DNA of 64,000 nt from Nageia nagi (Eukaryota; Plantae; Pinophyta), in NCBI GenBank assembly GCA_050084985.1, contig JBITNC010000001.1, forward strand, positions 141,236,001 through 141,300,000, read 5' to 3'. How positions within the stretch are numbered: position 1 is the first letter of the stretch; each line of letters starts with the position of its first letter. The position numbers and the translations under genes are program-made. The notes under the pieces are model-generated. The model was not told the DNA's origin. It saw nothing but the letters and a program-made list of their open reading frames with translations, and made no database searches. Of the stretch, positions 10,340 through 22,300 are shown piece after piece.

Positions 10340-13300
10340 GTAAGTGAGGAAGTATCTATTACCATTAATGATGGTCAGTTTCGTTGCTTTATAATAAAAG
10401 TAAAACTGTTGATGGAATACTAGTAGTAGAAAGCGGTTAGTAGGTTACTTCTCGTCTTTCTTTTCCTGGTTAGGGAACATCACTCATCTTTTCTTTAAAC
10501 GCTAGTGTTAGTTGACATTTCTTTATGTTGATTGTTTAGGTGCATGGTGAAAGCAAATTCATGAAGAAATTTAAACCATATGTTGGTGAAGGCCTGTTGA
10601 GTCCAAACAGAGAAATGGTCACAGAATTTGTGAGAGACATTTCCACTGAACACCCTTCATTTGCAAGGGCAATCCAAAAAAAGTCTCTCAGGCGTAATGG
10701 CAAAATGGCAAGTTTCTTTAGTGCACAAGTTTGTGATTTTTGGCTCTATATTTTATTCAACTTAGAACAACTTGTATAATGCAAACCTTTTTTCTAGCAA
10801 AATATTTGATCTGGAGTTTTCTGTGAATGCACTGCTTGCTTTACTTGGTTTTGTCAAATGCCATTTTCCATTTCTTTCTTATTTCACTTGATGTCAATCT
10901 TGAACACAGTCTATTTTTTGTTTTGCAGTCTTTCCCAGTAATGTTCATGACTAATTATCTCTCAGGATCACAAGGCACTGTGACATTTGAGGACAGTGAA
11001 GGGCATTTTTGGGTGGTAGACTGGACTGCATATATGCAATCTGGGCGAAGACTTGTGTTTACCACTGGATGGCCTGAGTTTGCTTCCGATCACAATGCAA
11101 AAGAGGGAGATGTTCTACTTGTTGAAATCTTGAATGCAAAGCAATTTAGGGTTCAAATTTTAACAACTGAAAGTGGCATGTGCTGTAGAGGGAATGATGT
11201 CCACATAAGTAAGAAAGAGGTTAGCTGTTCAGAAATTTTTATTATATGTTGAATATTTTTGGTAAAGATCATATTGGATTTTTTGTCATTCTTGATGGTA
11301 CAAGAGACTAAGTTTTAGCTATTCTGATGACTCTAATAAATCGCATATACTCTACAGTGTACGTGCATCTGGTCATAGATTAGATTTCACAATTATTCGG
11401 GCTGGAAAGAAAGTATAAATTAATTTTGTCAATGTGATATTTTGTCTAAACAATGCTGGTTATGCTTAGCATTAGAAGAGCCACAACGAACGCCAATTTT
11501 CCCGAGGGACTCAACACATGAGTGCTGCTCATAGTTGAGTGACTGGGGCTGAGGGGGCATGACTTTACTATCCTTGAAGGGTGCGTAGAGCAGCCTCTCA
11601 GGTCTCTTGTAACAATGGCAAGTGAACTGCTGATAATTGTCAATATGTTTATTTTGTTAGTTGGTAGAAGGGTTGATGAAAGGGCCCCAACCCTTTTCTA
11701 AAGTGGTATCATATGACATTTGAGACACATCACCATCATGTGGGGTGGGATTTGGTGGGATTTGAACATGGGACTCTCTTTATATCATTTGAGAGTTTAC
11801 ACACCCACCGTTCGTCCAACTCCCCTAACATTTCGTGATGTGATTGTCAATATGTTATGTTAAATAAGATTACATGATTTTGAGGCATAATTCTTTTTAA
11901 TTAGTTAAATTAAGTGTAATAAATGATATTCAAAAGTGTGCCTTGAATATTTCCCAAGATATTCATAATGTTGGCATTGATTCATTCCCATCTTTGTATC
12001 TGGCTAAGAAGAATAGCAACTAGATAGAATAGGGAACAGAGTTAGAATTGAAACTGAATATACCAAACTATAGAGATTTTTATGAGTGACCACATTCAAA
12101 ATTGGCATTATCTTATATCAAACTTAGTCAGGAAATTATTATTTTAATTTTGTTGGAACTTTGGCTGGAAAGGAATCAATGACTTCTTGAAAGAAAAAGG
12201 CAAATTTGGGAATAAAATTATTCATATGATATATGACATGGTCCAGTCTGCTTGCCTAGTGTTTTTGAAAGGAACACCAACAATTAGCACCAACTTATTG
12301 AACCTACCTAAACACTAAGTACGAGGAGGTTGTTTATGCTTCTTGAAAGAATGACATTCAAGCTAAGCACATATAGGAAGCTTTGGAATCATATTTTACA
12401 CTTAACCTTGATGCATGCATCATTATTATCGAGCATGGCAGAAGCAAGATGTTTAGCAGGGGATCATAAAGGAACTGCACTCATATGTTAGTTTATTTAT
12501 CTTGGAGTCACCAAGATTAGTGTGGTCCTGTAACTAACCCAATGCAAGTGGATTAAAATTGCCAAACCATCTACTATCATGTATCTAATGAAGCAATGTA
12601 TAAACAGTGGAAACAATCTTGCAGAAGGATGGCATGACTTTATTAATTATTAGACAGACCCAACTAAACTACTCGCATACTTCACATTGCTTAACATGGG
12701 TTAACTGAATAGAGCCTATATTTTAGGTTAATCTACCTTTCACTCACTTCCTCCAACCTGAAAACCTGAATAGACCGAGTTTTGTGTGGCAAACTTAAAA
12801 TTCTTCTAGTTGAGCAAAGGTTGATTGTCTTTAGAGTCTCCAAGACTATTGCTTGAAATGTTTAATATGTTCTTCCCATGTTCGCTGTACAACAAAATGT
12901 TATTAAAGTTCACAATAATGAATATTGCTGAGACTGTTGCAACGTTCAAATAAGAGTTCATCCCTCTCATACAAGCCTTACCATCAAGATGTAGTAAGAC
13001 TGTTGCGATGTCCAAAATCCAAGTAAGAGTACAATCCTCTCGTAGAAGCCTTACCTTGTTTTGAATGCGGTCTTGTGAGATTCTACCTTCTGTGATAAGT
13101 TTCGAGGTGTCCTGATTTCAGATCTAATTTATCAAGTACTTGGATTTTTGCATTTGATATAAAATGTGTCTATTTGATTTCTGGTGGACCTGAAATGTTT
13201 TTTGAGACCTTGATTAAGATTTTAAGGGTTCTGGAGGTATCAGGAAGTATTGAAGCAAAGGTGTTGCCAAATATCCCTAATTTGAGTGCTTGGGTCTATT

Positions 13301-16300
13301 TGGTTGATCCCTTAAAACTTTGATGAAACTATTGATGTCTCATTGGTGCATTATTCTTCTTTGTAGAGCTTTCAATCGCCATTAAGGTTTTTGAGATGCC
13401 TCTCGATGGCCTTTTGCACACTTCAAGGGTTGTCCTATGTGCTGCCATGGTCACTAATAACCTCCAATGGTCTCCATCCAAGCTTCATTGTTCGCTTTTT
13501 CCATTGCTTGTTTTCATCAATCTTTAAACTTCATCAAAACTTTTTCTCACATAAGAGAGATACTTCGGTATCAAAAATAGTATGGGAGTTTCTCATAATG
13601 GAACAATGTTGTTAACATTAATAGACCACTTTGTCGTATCAACTACATGGATTTGAGTAGAACTTGCAAACTTGAACTTGCTTGCTAATTAAATAATGAA
13701 TTCAAATGGCTATAGGTTGTCTCTCTTTGTGTATGCTTAGACATTAGTCTCATTGTTCTTGGTGGTACCCTCTTCTCTAATTTAGCTGTCCCTGCCTATT
13801 ATTAGTTCATCTTCTATATAGCAAACTTCATCTTCTCTAGTAGAAATTTGATGGGAGCATCCATGTGGTTTTCCCTTCAATACCACTTGTCACGGCCCAC
13901 AAACCATCAAACATAAATCTACGACTTTGTGCCTTGCCTTTACTTGGATTTAGTTCTCACACCATTGCTCGTGCTATTAGCAATGCCATTGCTCCTTTAT
14001 TTTAGACAATATCCATTGTAAGTCCTTTCAATCAAGACAAAATATATCTTTTTGTCTCGCACCTTGAGGCAACTTTTGAATCCGTTCTGCATCTCCTCCA
14101 TCTTTCCAAACCCATACCTTAGATTTATGTGCCATGATCTGTTGGTATGATGATGAATGTAAACCATTACATTGGAGATTTATTTTAGGTCATGATTTTG
14201 CTTAACAGAAGAGAATAATGTTGTTCTCTAAGGTAAAAAGTGAGAATTTCTTACCTTGAGGCATTATGAGCTTCTTGAGTTGTTCCACAACTTCCCCAAG
14301 CCTTTTGCTGCACCTTTACTTCCTAAGAAAAGTGTCTCTATGATTCAACTTCAAACTTGGGTCTCATATGCCAACTTCCTTTACAACCTCTTTGACGAGC
14401 TCATTGCTTGTGTTTCCTCTTCTCCTACATCTTGTTATTTTGTTAGCAAGGAAACTTTGTACTAGCAAGGCAACTGATTGTGAGGGAGTTCAAGTTGAGT
14501 TTATCAAGTTTGGCATTGATTCTCTTATCTATCTGACCAGCTATTTGCTTCTTCGCCTCTTTTTGGTCTTAACATATTATTGATCTAATCGACAAGTCTG
14601 GGTACAACATAAATGCTAATAACTATGGAACTATCATGATTGAACACATTTTTGCGAAGTTGTATGCCATAGCCTTGGATATAAGCTTTATGATTATTTG
14701 TAGCAAGCAAGTAGATTTTAAGAGTGATTACCAAACAAATGACCATATTTTTACTCTTCGAGCTATCTTGGAAAAATTCATTTTTGGTTGGTTATCTAAG
14801 GTATTTTTTTGACTTTAGGAAGGCCTTAATATAGCTAATAGGCACAAGCTATTTTAGGAGCTACAGGACATTGATATCTCGATGCTGTTCATCACCATGA
14901 TGATGAGATTATATAAGGTAGTTGATGGGTGTCATTGGCCTGCTTCTAGGTTTCCCATGGAGGTTAAAACTTAAGACTACTATTTGAGTTAGACAAGGAT
15001 GCCATCTTTCTCTCATCCTCTTTGGGATTTACATTGATGAGCTTGAAGACTTCATTTGTTAGAACACTCCTATCGAATATGGTTGTTCTCTCCATCTTCT
15101 TATATTTATTATGCTCTTTACTAATGATGTGGTTCTTCCTACAAACTTTATGATGACTTGCAACATCAATTGGATGCTCTTGCTCATTTCTAGAACTTCA
15201 TTATCTATGAAGTTAACCCTGATAAAACCAAAGGTTTTGATCCTCAATACCTAAAGTACATAAAGAGGGCTTGTACAAGAAAATTAAAACTCTTTTCCAA
15301 TGTGCAATCCATCGTAAGAGGATAGTTCTCCATAGTATATTGTTTGGATCAAGTTTCGTCTTCAATTAGGGAGCATTTCCAAGATCACTGTTCTTCGGAG
15401 GTTGAGGTCCATGGGTGATTGGAGAATGCGGTAGGGAGAAATACTCATGTTTGGCCCTCTCTTTGTTTGATTATTTTGCTTCTTAGAGACTTGGAGGACA
15501 ACATTGAGGGAGTTTTTTTATCAACCATTTTCTTCACATTATTAGTAACTCCATAAATTGATTTCTATTCATTAAATTATTTTATTTCCTACCATATATG
15601 AAGATTATTTATAAAGCAATCAAAGGACATATATTTGTAATATGTTTAAATCATGTGGGTCTCCCCATGTCAATCCCTTGGTCCCAAGATGGCATAATAT
15701 GTCCAAAATTTCTTTTCAATTGAAGATGAGATCATCACTAATTATATTAAACGACTTGGGACCCATGGCCTTAGGATCCCACTTGGCCAACTTTGAGTTT
15801 GTTCTCATCATTGTTGAGTTGAGACATATTACCACATTTCCAAGGAGGATAGGCTTCGTCATCTCTTCTCTATTTAGGAGGTGGGGAGGAGAAAATTTTA
15901 TCTTGAGGTACCAATGAGATTTGGAGGAGGTATTGCTAGATTAGAGATACCCAATACGGTCACTTGCTACCTTTTTTTCAGCATCCTGACCAAAGGTTCT
16001 TGGATTTGTACTTTTGGGAAGCATTTATGCACATGCCCCACAATATGCACGTCTTGAAAGATTCTAGATTAATCATTTACTTCTTGATTCTCATCTCTAT
16101 TATTGGTGCACCAAATGATCATTTGAGTCCATCAGGATCCAAGTTGATGAGGAAAGACATTCCTAGAGTTGTTTCTTGCTCAACATTTGTTCTCCAAAAT
16201 TAGGAATTTTCTAGTTTCAGATCTTTTACTAAAAATACAAATTTGCTATTTTTAACATTTTCTATTTTTACAGTGTTTTTTTTTTCTTAAATTTTAGTAT

Positions 16301-19300
16301 TTGCAAAAAATAGAGTTGTATAAAGATACAATTTATTAGCATGCTCAAGAATTCAAGTTTGTAATCCAAGTTTTAAAAAGAATTTTCTTGCTCAAGAATT
16401 CAGCCAAGGAATTCTCAAGCGTAGCAGTTTTTGGATTTATGTTTTGCAGATTTATCTACATAGAAATCTGCTATTGATACATAGTTTCTTTTGTTATTAA
16501 TGATTGCTGGTTATTCTACTTTTTGTGGATTTTTTCTCATTTATAGCTTGCGAGTTTGTATTGTAGAATGTTTGTTTGTTTACAGTAGTTACTTTACATG
16601 TTTTAAGTGTCTATTTGCCAGTTTTAAGCTACGTATGTATAATTCTACCTATCCAATTGTTGGTATTGGCACAATACCTTTTTGCATGCTGTTAGGTGAT
16701 GTGCTTGAGTTGCATGATGTTTTATTTGCGCTTAGATTAACAAATAATCTCTTGTTTGCCTTAGCTATCATTGATTAAAGTATAAAGTTGAGTTTGATAA
16801 GCAATAGTGTTTGATGAGAGATGTTATGATTGTTGGTAAAAGAAGTTTACGAAGGAGGTTTGTACAAGCTTCTTGCAAATATTGGAAAATTGAAGCATTG
16901 GTGCTTGACAATGACACGTTTTGTGAGCTTTGGCACAAATAATTTGGTCACTTGCACTATGGAGCTTTTCCTCTTCTCAAGAATATGGTGGAAGGACACT
17001 CGTAGACTTCAAAGTGAGGTAGAATGGTGTATGCCAAGGATATGTACTTGGTAAGCTCTCCAGTATTTCCTTTCCTACCCATGAGCAGAACTCAAGAGAG
17101 ACTCTTGAGTTGATCCATTCAAATATTTGTGGACCCATGTACTCACTCTTTTTGAAATGTAGTCTTTACTATGTTTCCTTCATTGATGGTTGCTCATGAA
17201 GAAGCTTGATTTATTTTATGAAAACCAAAGATCAAGTATATAGTTAATTCCAATTTCCAAGAGTTTAGAGCGTTACTTGAGAATCATACTAGAAAGAATA
17301 TTAAAATATTTGACTTAGACAATGGAATAGAGTATACCTTCCTTGAATTTGATTCTTGTAGGGAAGTTGGTATTGTGAGGAGGTTTACAATACCATACAA
17401 CCCACTACAAAGTGGGGTTGCAGAGAGGAAGCATAGATCTATCATTGAGATAGCTAAGCCTGTGATTCATGAAATGGACCTTCCTATGTTTCTTTGGGTA
17501 GAAGCATGTATACAATTGTCTACATCTTAAATAGATACCCTTATAGAATTTTGAAGGAAGATCAAAGGAGGAGGCCTTTTCTTAGGAAGAAGCCTTAAGT
17601 GTCTCATTTTTGTATTTTTGGTAGTCTTATTTACATTCATGTGCCTTTTGAGAAATGAACTAAGTTGGGGCCCTTTAGCATCAAAGGAATTTGGTTGATT
17701 ATTGTGAAAACTCAAAGGGCTACTCGATCTATGTTCATGCATGGCGGAAGACTGTGGTTATTAGGGATGCGAAGTTTGATGAATATACTTTGTTTTCCAA
17801 GTCTCAGGCCATGGATGTAGAGGACATCGATCAGCTTGTTGGTCTAGTTTCAGATCAAGAAAGTACAAAAGCCCTGTTGCTAATCAACCTACTTTTAGTA
17901 AGTTGATGGTTTTCCTGAACCTTGCAGGAGGCACAAGAGCAAGTTGGAGCACGAAGAACTTCTTTTCAGGTGAATCATCTACCTAAAAGGTTTCCAAATT
18001 ATATTGCTTTGATGATTTTTGTTCTTGATACGGAGCCACTTATTTTTGAGGAGGATAGTTCACAAGTATGGCATGATGCTATGGTTGAGGACTATAACTC
18101 CATTTTTCGAGAATGATGTTTGATAGATAGTTCCAAGACCTCAAGGGAAAACAATGATTGATTCCAAATGATTGTATAAGATTAAGCATGAGGTGGATGA
18201 TAGCATTGAGAATCACAAGGCTCACATTGAGGCAAGATGATTTTTCCAAAAAGAGGGAGTTAATTATGATAAGACTTATGCTTCAATTTAGAGTGATTTT
18301 AGCTTTGGCTTTATGCTTTGGTTGGTCCTTGTATTAGATGGATGTAAATATTGCTTTTGAAAATGGCAATCATTGTATAGCAGATATAAATAAAACAGCC
18401 AACAGGTGTTGACATCCATGGGCAAGATACCCATGTATGAAGATTGAAGAAAGCCCTTTATGGGCTGAAGTAGGCACCAGAGGCTTGATATGACCAGATT
18501 GATCAGTACTTAAGCAAGTTGGAATTTTTCAAGATTAGTGTTGATTCTAATCTTTATTTTTTGATTGAAAAACTTGATTTGCTTGTTTTAATACTTTATG
18601 TTGATGATCTTATCATTGCTAGGAATTCTAACATTCTTATTTGACGGTGCAAGATAATATGAAGGATATTGCCTTGTTGCATTACTTTTTGAGATTAGAG
18701 GTTTGGCTAATTGTAGTCAAAGTCTTCATTGGACAAGAAAAATGTACCTTGACTTGTGATAAGTTAGATTTGGTTGATCCTACTCTTTACAAGAAGCTGA
18801 TCGGATCGCTTATGTATCTTGTGAATACTAGGCTTGATATTTGTTATGCAGTTAATATCTTTGATTCAGTTCATGGTTGGGCCTAGATAATCTCGTTGGA
18901 AGGTTGACAAGCCAGAGCTTAGACATTTGAAGGGCACTTGTCATTATGGCATGCAATACTTAGGAGATGGTGAACTTCATGGCGTTGTTGATGTAGATTG
19001 TGCAAGAGATGCGGGCACATGGAATAGCACTTCCAGAGCTTAGACATTTGAAGGGCACTTGTCATTATGGCATGCAATACTTGGGAGATGGTGATTTTCT
19101 ACTTCATGGCTTTGTTGATTTAGATTGCGCAAGTGATGCGGGCACATGGAATAGCACTTTCGATTATTGTTTCAGCTTAGGATCATGTATGATTTTTTGG
19201 TCCAAAAAAGAAGTAGACAATTGTTGGCCTTAGTTTAGCGAAAGCTGAATATATTGCAACATCTTTGGCTAGTTGTATTGCAAGTGGACTGAAAAGTTGT

Positions 19301-22300
19301 TTGGTGAGATCTTCGAGCCCATGGTTATTCATTGTGATAATTAGAGTTGCATCAAATCATTTGAAAATCCAATTTTCTATGATCACTTTAAACACATCAA
19401 GATCAGATTACACTTTCACAGAGATAGAGTGTAGTGGAAAGCAGTGGTCCTGAGATATCTTCCTACAGATTTGCAAGTGGTCGATATTTTGACCAAGCCT
19501 CTTGAAAAAGGGAATTTTTAGTTGCTGAGATCCAAGTTTGGTTTGGTGGAGAACACATTCCTTGCAAAGAGAGAGTGTTAGCTTTAGCTGCTCAACATTT
19601 GTTCTCCAAAATTAGGAACTTTCTTATTTGAGAACTTTTACTAAAATTATATTTTTTCTATTTTCAGAACTCTTTTTTAGCATTTTCTATTTTTAGAGTT
19701 TTTTTTTCAATTTAGTATTTTTATTTATAGTACTGATATAAACAGAGTTGTGTATACATATGGTTTATTTTTTTTCTTGATAAGAGCCAGCTTGCTCTAT
19801 TGTAATCCAAGTTTTAGAAGACATTGTAAGAGATTTTCCTTGCTTAAGAATTTAGCCAAGGAACTCTCGAGTGGAGCAGTTTTTGGTTTTACGTTTTGAA
19901 AATTTGACTCCACAGAAATCTGCTTTTAATATGATTTAAGCTACACATGATTCAAGCTTGCTGAGATTTAAGCTACACATGATTCAGATTTATATGATTT
20001 TATATTTCTGAATTTATATTATGAAATTTCAATGTTGTTATCCCTTCTAGTTGCATAGGTCAAGGGAGTCCTTCGGCTATTTGTCAATCTAGGCCAACAT
20101 TACTTTCTCATTCACATGCTAGTCAATTTGGACAAACACGCTTTCATGATTCCTATCATGTTCTATGGGATTTTTGGTTTCGGATGGAAGAAGAATCATA
20201 GGGTGGAGTGCCCAACTGGGTATCCTCAACCCTGCCACTCCCATGAAGTATTCTCAATCATGTATTGGCTTTTTCATGTTGATTGATGATGACGATGATG
20301 TAACTTCTACTCTTTAGCACTTCAACATATAGATCCTTCTTTGCCTGGTGCAGCGTTCTGTGTGGAGCCTGAAGGTATCCCATGTTACTCAGATATATTT
20401 GTTGTATATTATTTTAATAAGTTCTGTTTACCTTTAAGTATTTTGTTTTAGAGCCCTTTTTGGAGTTCATGTTTTGAAAACAAACATTTTCTTGTTGAGT
20501 TCCATTGGCCTTGATCATTGGGCAATATTAATTTTTCTTTCCTTTCTCTTGATCGATGACTGTATTCAGTTCACTGGGTCTCTGTCAGCAAAGCTTCCAC
20601 TATCCACCTAGCTGTCGTCAATCTGCCTATTAATTATGGATTGATTCTCCTTGGTCAATCATACTTGATGTCCAGAAATGGGAGTTGGAACCCTTTCCTT
20701 CTCTTTGAGAATTTTGGATTGATGAGGTTACCTAAGTAATTGTCATTACCATTTTGCTAGTATGTTTTGTCTTTATCTCTTTGTTACAATTTGGTCAGTC
20801 ATTGAATGAAAACTGTCATTTTGGGGCTTCTTACGACAACAGATATCTTGGAAGTCTTTTGTGTTAATTAAAATTCATATAATTCCTCTCTTAATTCTCG
20901 TTTTATTCTTTTTCTCTCTTACTTATTCTCTAATGATAGAATTTTCTGTGTACTCTATTATTCAGTTTTGTGCTGTTGATGTCACTTATGCCTTGACAGT
21001 AGCATGGAAATAGCGTTGGCAAGTGCACAAGTATACACTCCGCATACTCATTCCATATGAACTTATGGGTGACTATCTTAAAGAGTATCTTTGTGTGGAG
21101 TAAAATATTTTGTGGCCAAATCTCAAAAGCAGACTAAGGTCTGCCTGCTGTAAACTCTTTTCTTTTATATAAGCTTCAGTAAATGGAAAGGCATCAGATC
21201 CCTTTGCCACGCATTAGTCTCCAAATGTTTAGACAACTACTGTTTCAGTACTTGGAATCTAGATGATGGTATGTGTGAGGCCACTGTGATAGATGTGCTA
21301 GCCTGTCCAACCTTCTTGACATATATCAGATGGTATTTTGGTCAAACGTTATAGCTTTCACTTTCTGTTTAGTTTCTTATATTTTTTTACAGGCTTAATC
21401 ATTTCCTGTGATCGTTACTGCAGGTAACCTCTAACATAAACAATATTTCAGATTTGGGGACCAAGGATTTTCAGCCAAGTTCACATTTGCATGTCGTAAA
21501 GAAGAAGTATGGCACCATTGACGGGATTCTTATGAAAAGGGAGGAGAAACTGCCTTGTTTTAGACATCCAAGGTATGGAACTTCACAACAAATAGCATAC
21601 AAAGTATTGGTGGTAATGTTGATGTTGATTGCATTCGAACAAAATTGTTGATTCTGAACATGCACTTGAGGGAAAAACTGTTTCACTATATTTTTGATAG
21701 TTACTCTGTAGTCAATGTAGCTCACTGAAGAAGAATCTGTGAACAGGGATTTCTTGGATTTTACTAAATAATTGTATAAAAATAGACCACTCCAACATTC
21801 AATGAGTGTATCAAAATGGAAATAATCAATTTGTATATTATTTTGAAGGGAAGGGGCTTCCTAGTTTGTTCTTGGTTCTTTCTACTAACATAGTTGTAAT
21901 TTATTCCCCATTATCCAGGGGCCTCCTATTAACCTGACTGAGCCTGTAGTGGGCAAACCATGAATTGTGCAAGGATTGAAACAAACTGATTTTTCTCTGC
22001 TTTCTAATTAGAGATGGCTCATGGGATCTAAAGAATAAGCATCGGGAAGTATCATTTTTTCATATTCTAACTTCTACTACTGTATATCAACATTCTTTCA
22101 GTGGTGGGCGTCAATTTGTTGCGTCTTTCTGCCAGTCCAGTATGGAGAAATGTTCGGAGTATGTACTTCATGGCTTTGGATTCTGCATGCTTCATATTTT
22201 GGAAGATCCTTCAGCTCCATATAAACAATGTGATTATATTGTCCTGAGTAGTGGATTGAGATGCAGATTTCCAGTTTCCCTTCACGTTGCAGATATGAGG

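Noticed and set aside
11430-11635. Glycine/TPP riboswitch, RNase MRP, telomerase RNA or U-snRNA identity for the structured element
   Set aside because: Only short motifs match (CTCTCAGG, CTGAG, CTAAAC); the diagnostic cores (GCCGAAG, CCTGA..ATAATGCC, GAAAGTCCCC, CTAAACCCT, U5 loop GCCTTTTAC) are absent.
12900-14600. Additional copia-like gag/filler remnant on the - strand
   Set aside because: Coding-like composition, but no motif or boundary I can defend.
20354-20374. 21-nt in-frame microexon (CAG|CGTTCTGTGTGGAGCCTGAAG|GTATCC)
   Set aside because: Phase-compatible, but such sites arise by chance and there is no homology support; it needs RNA-seq.
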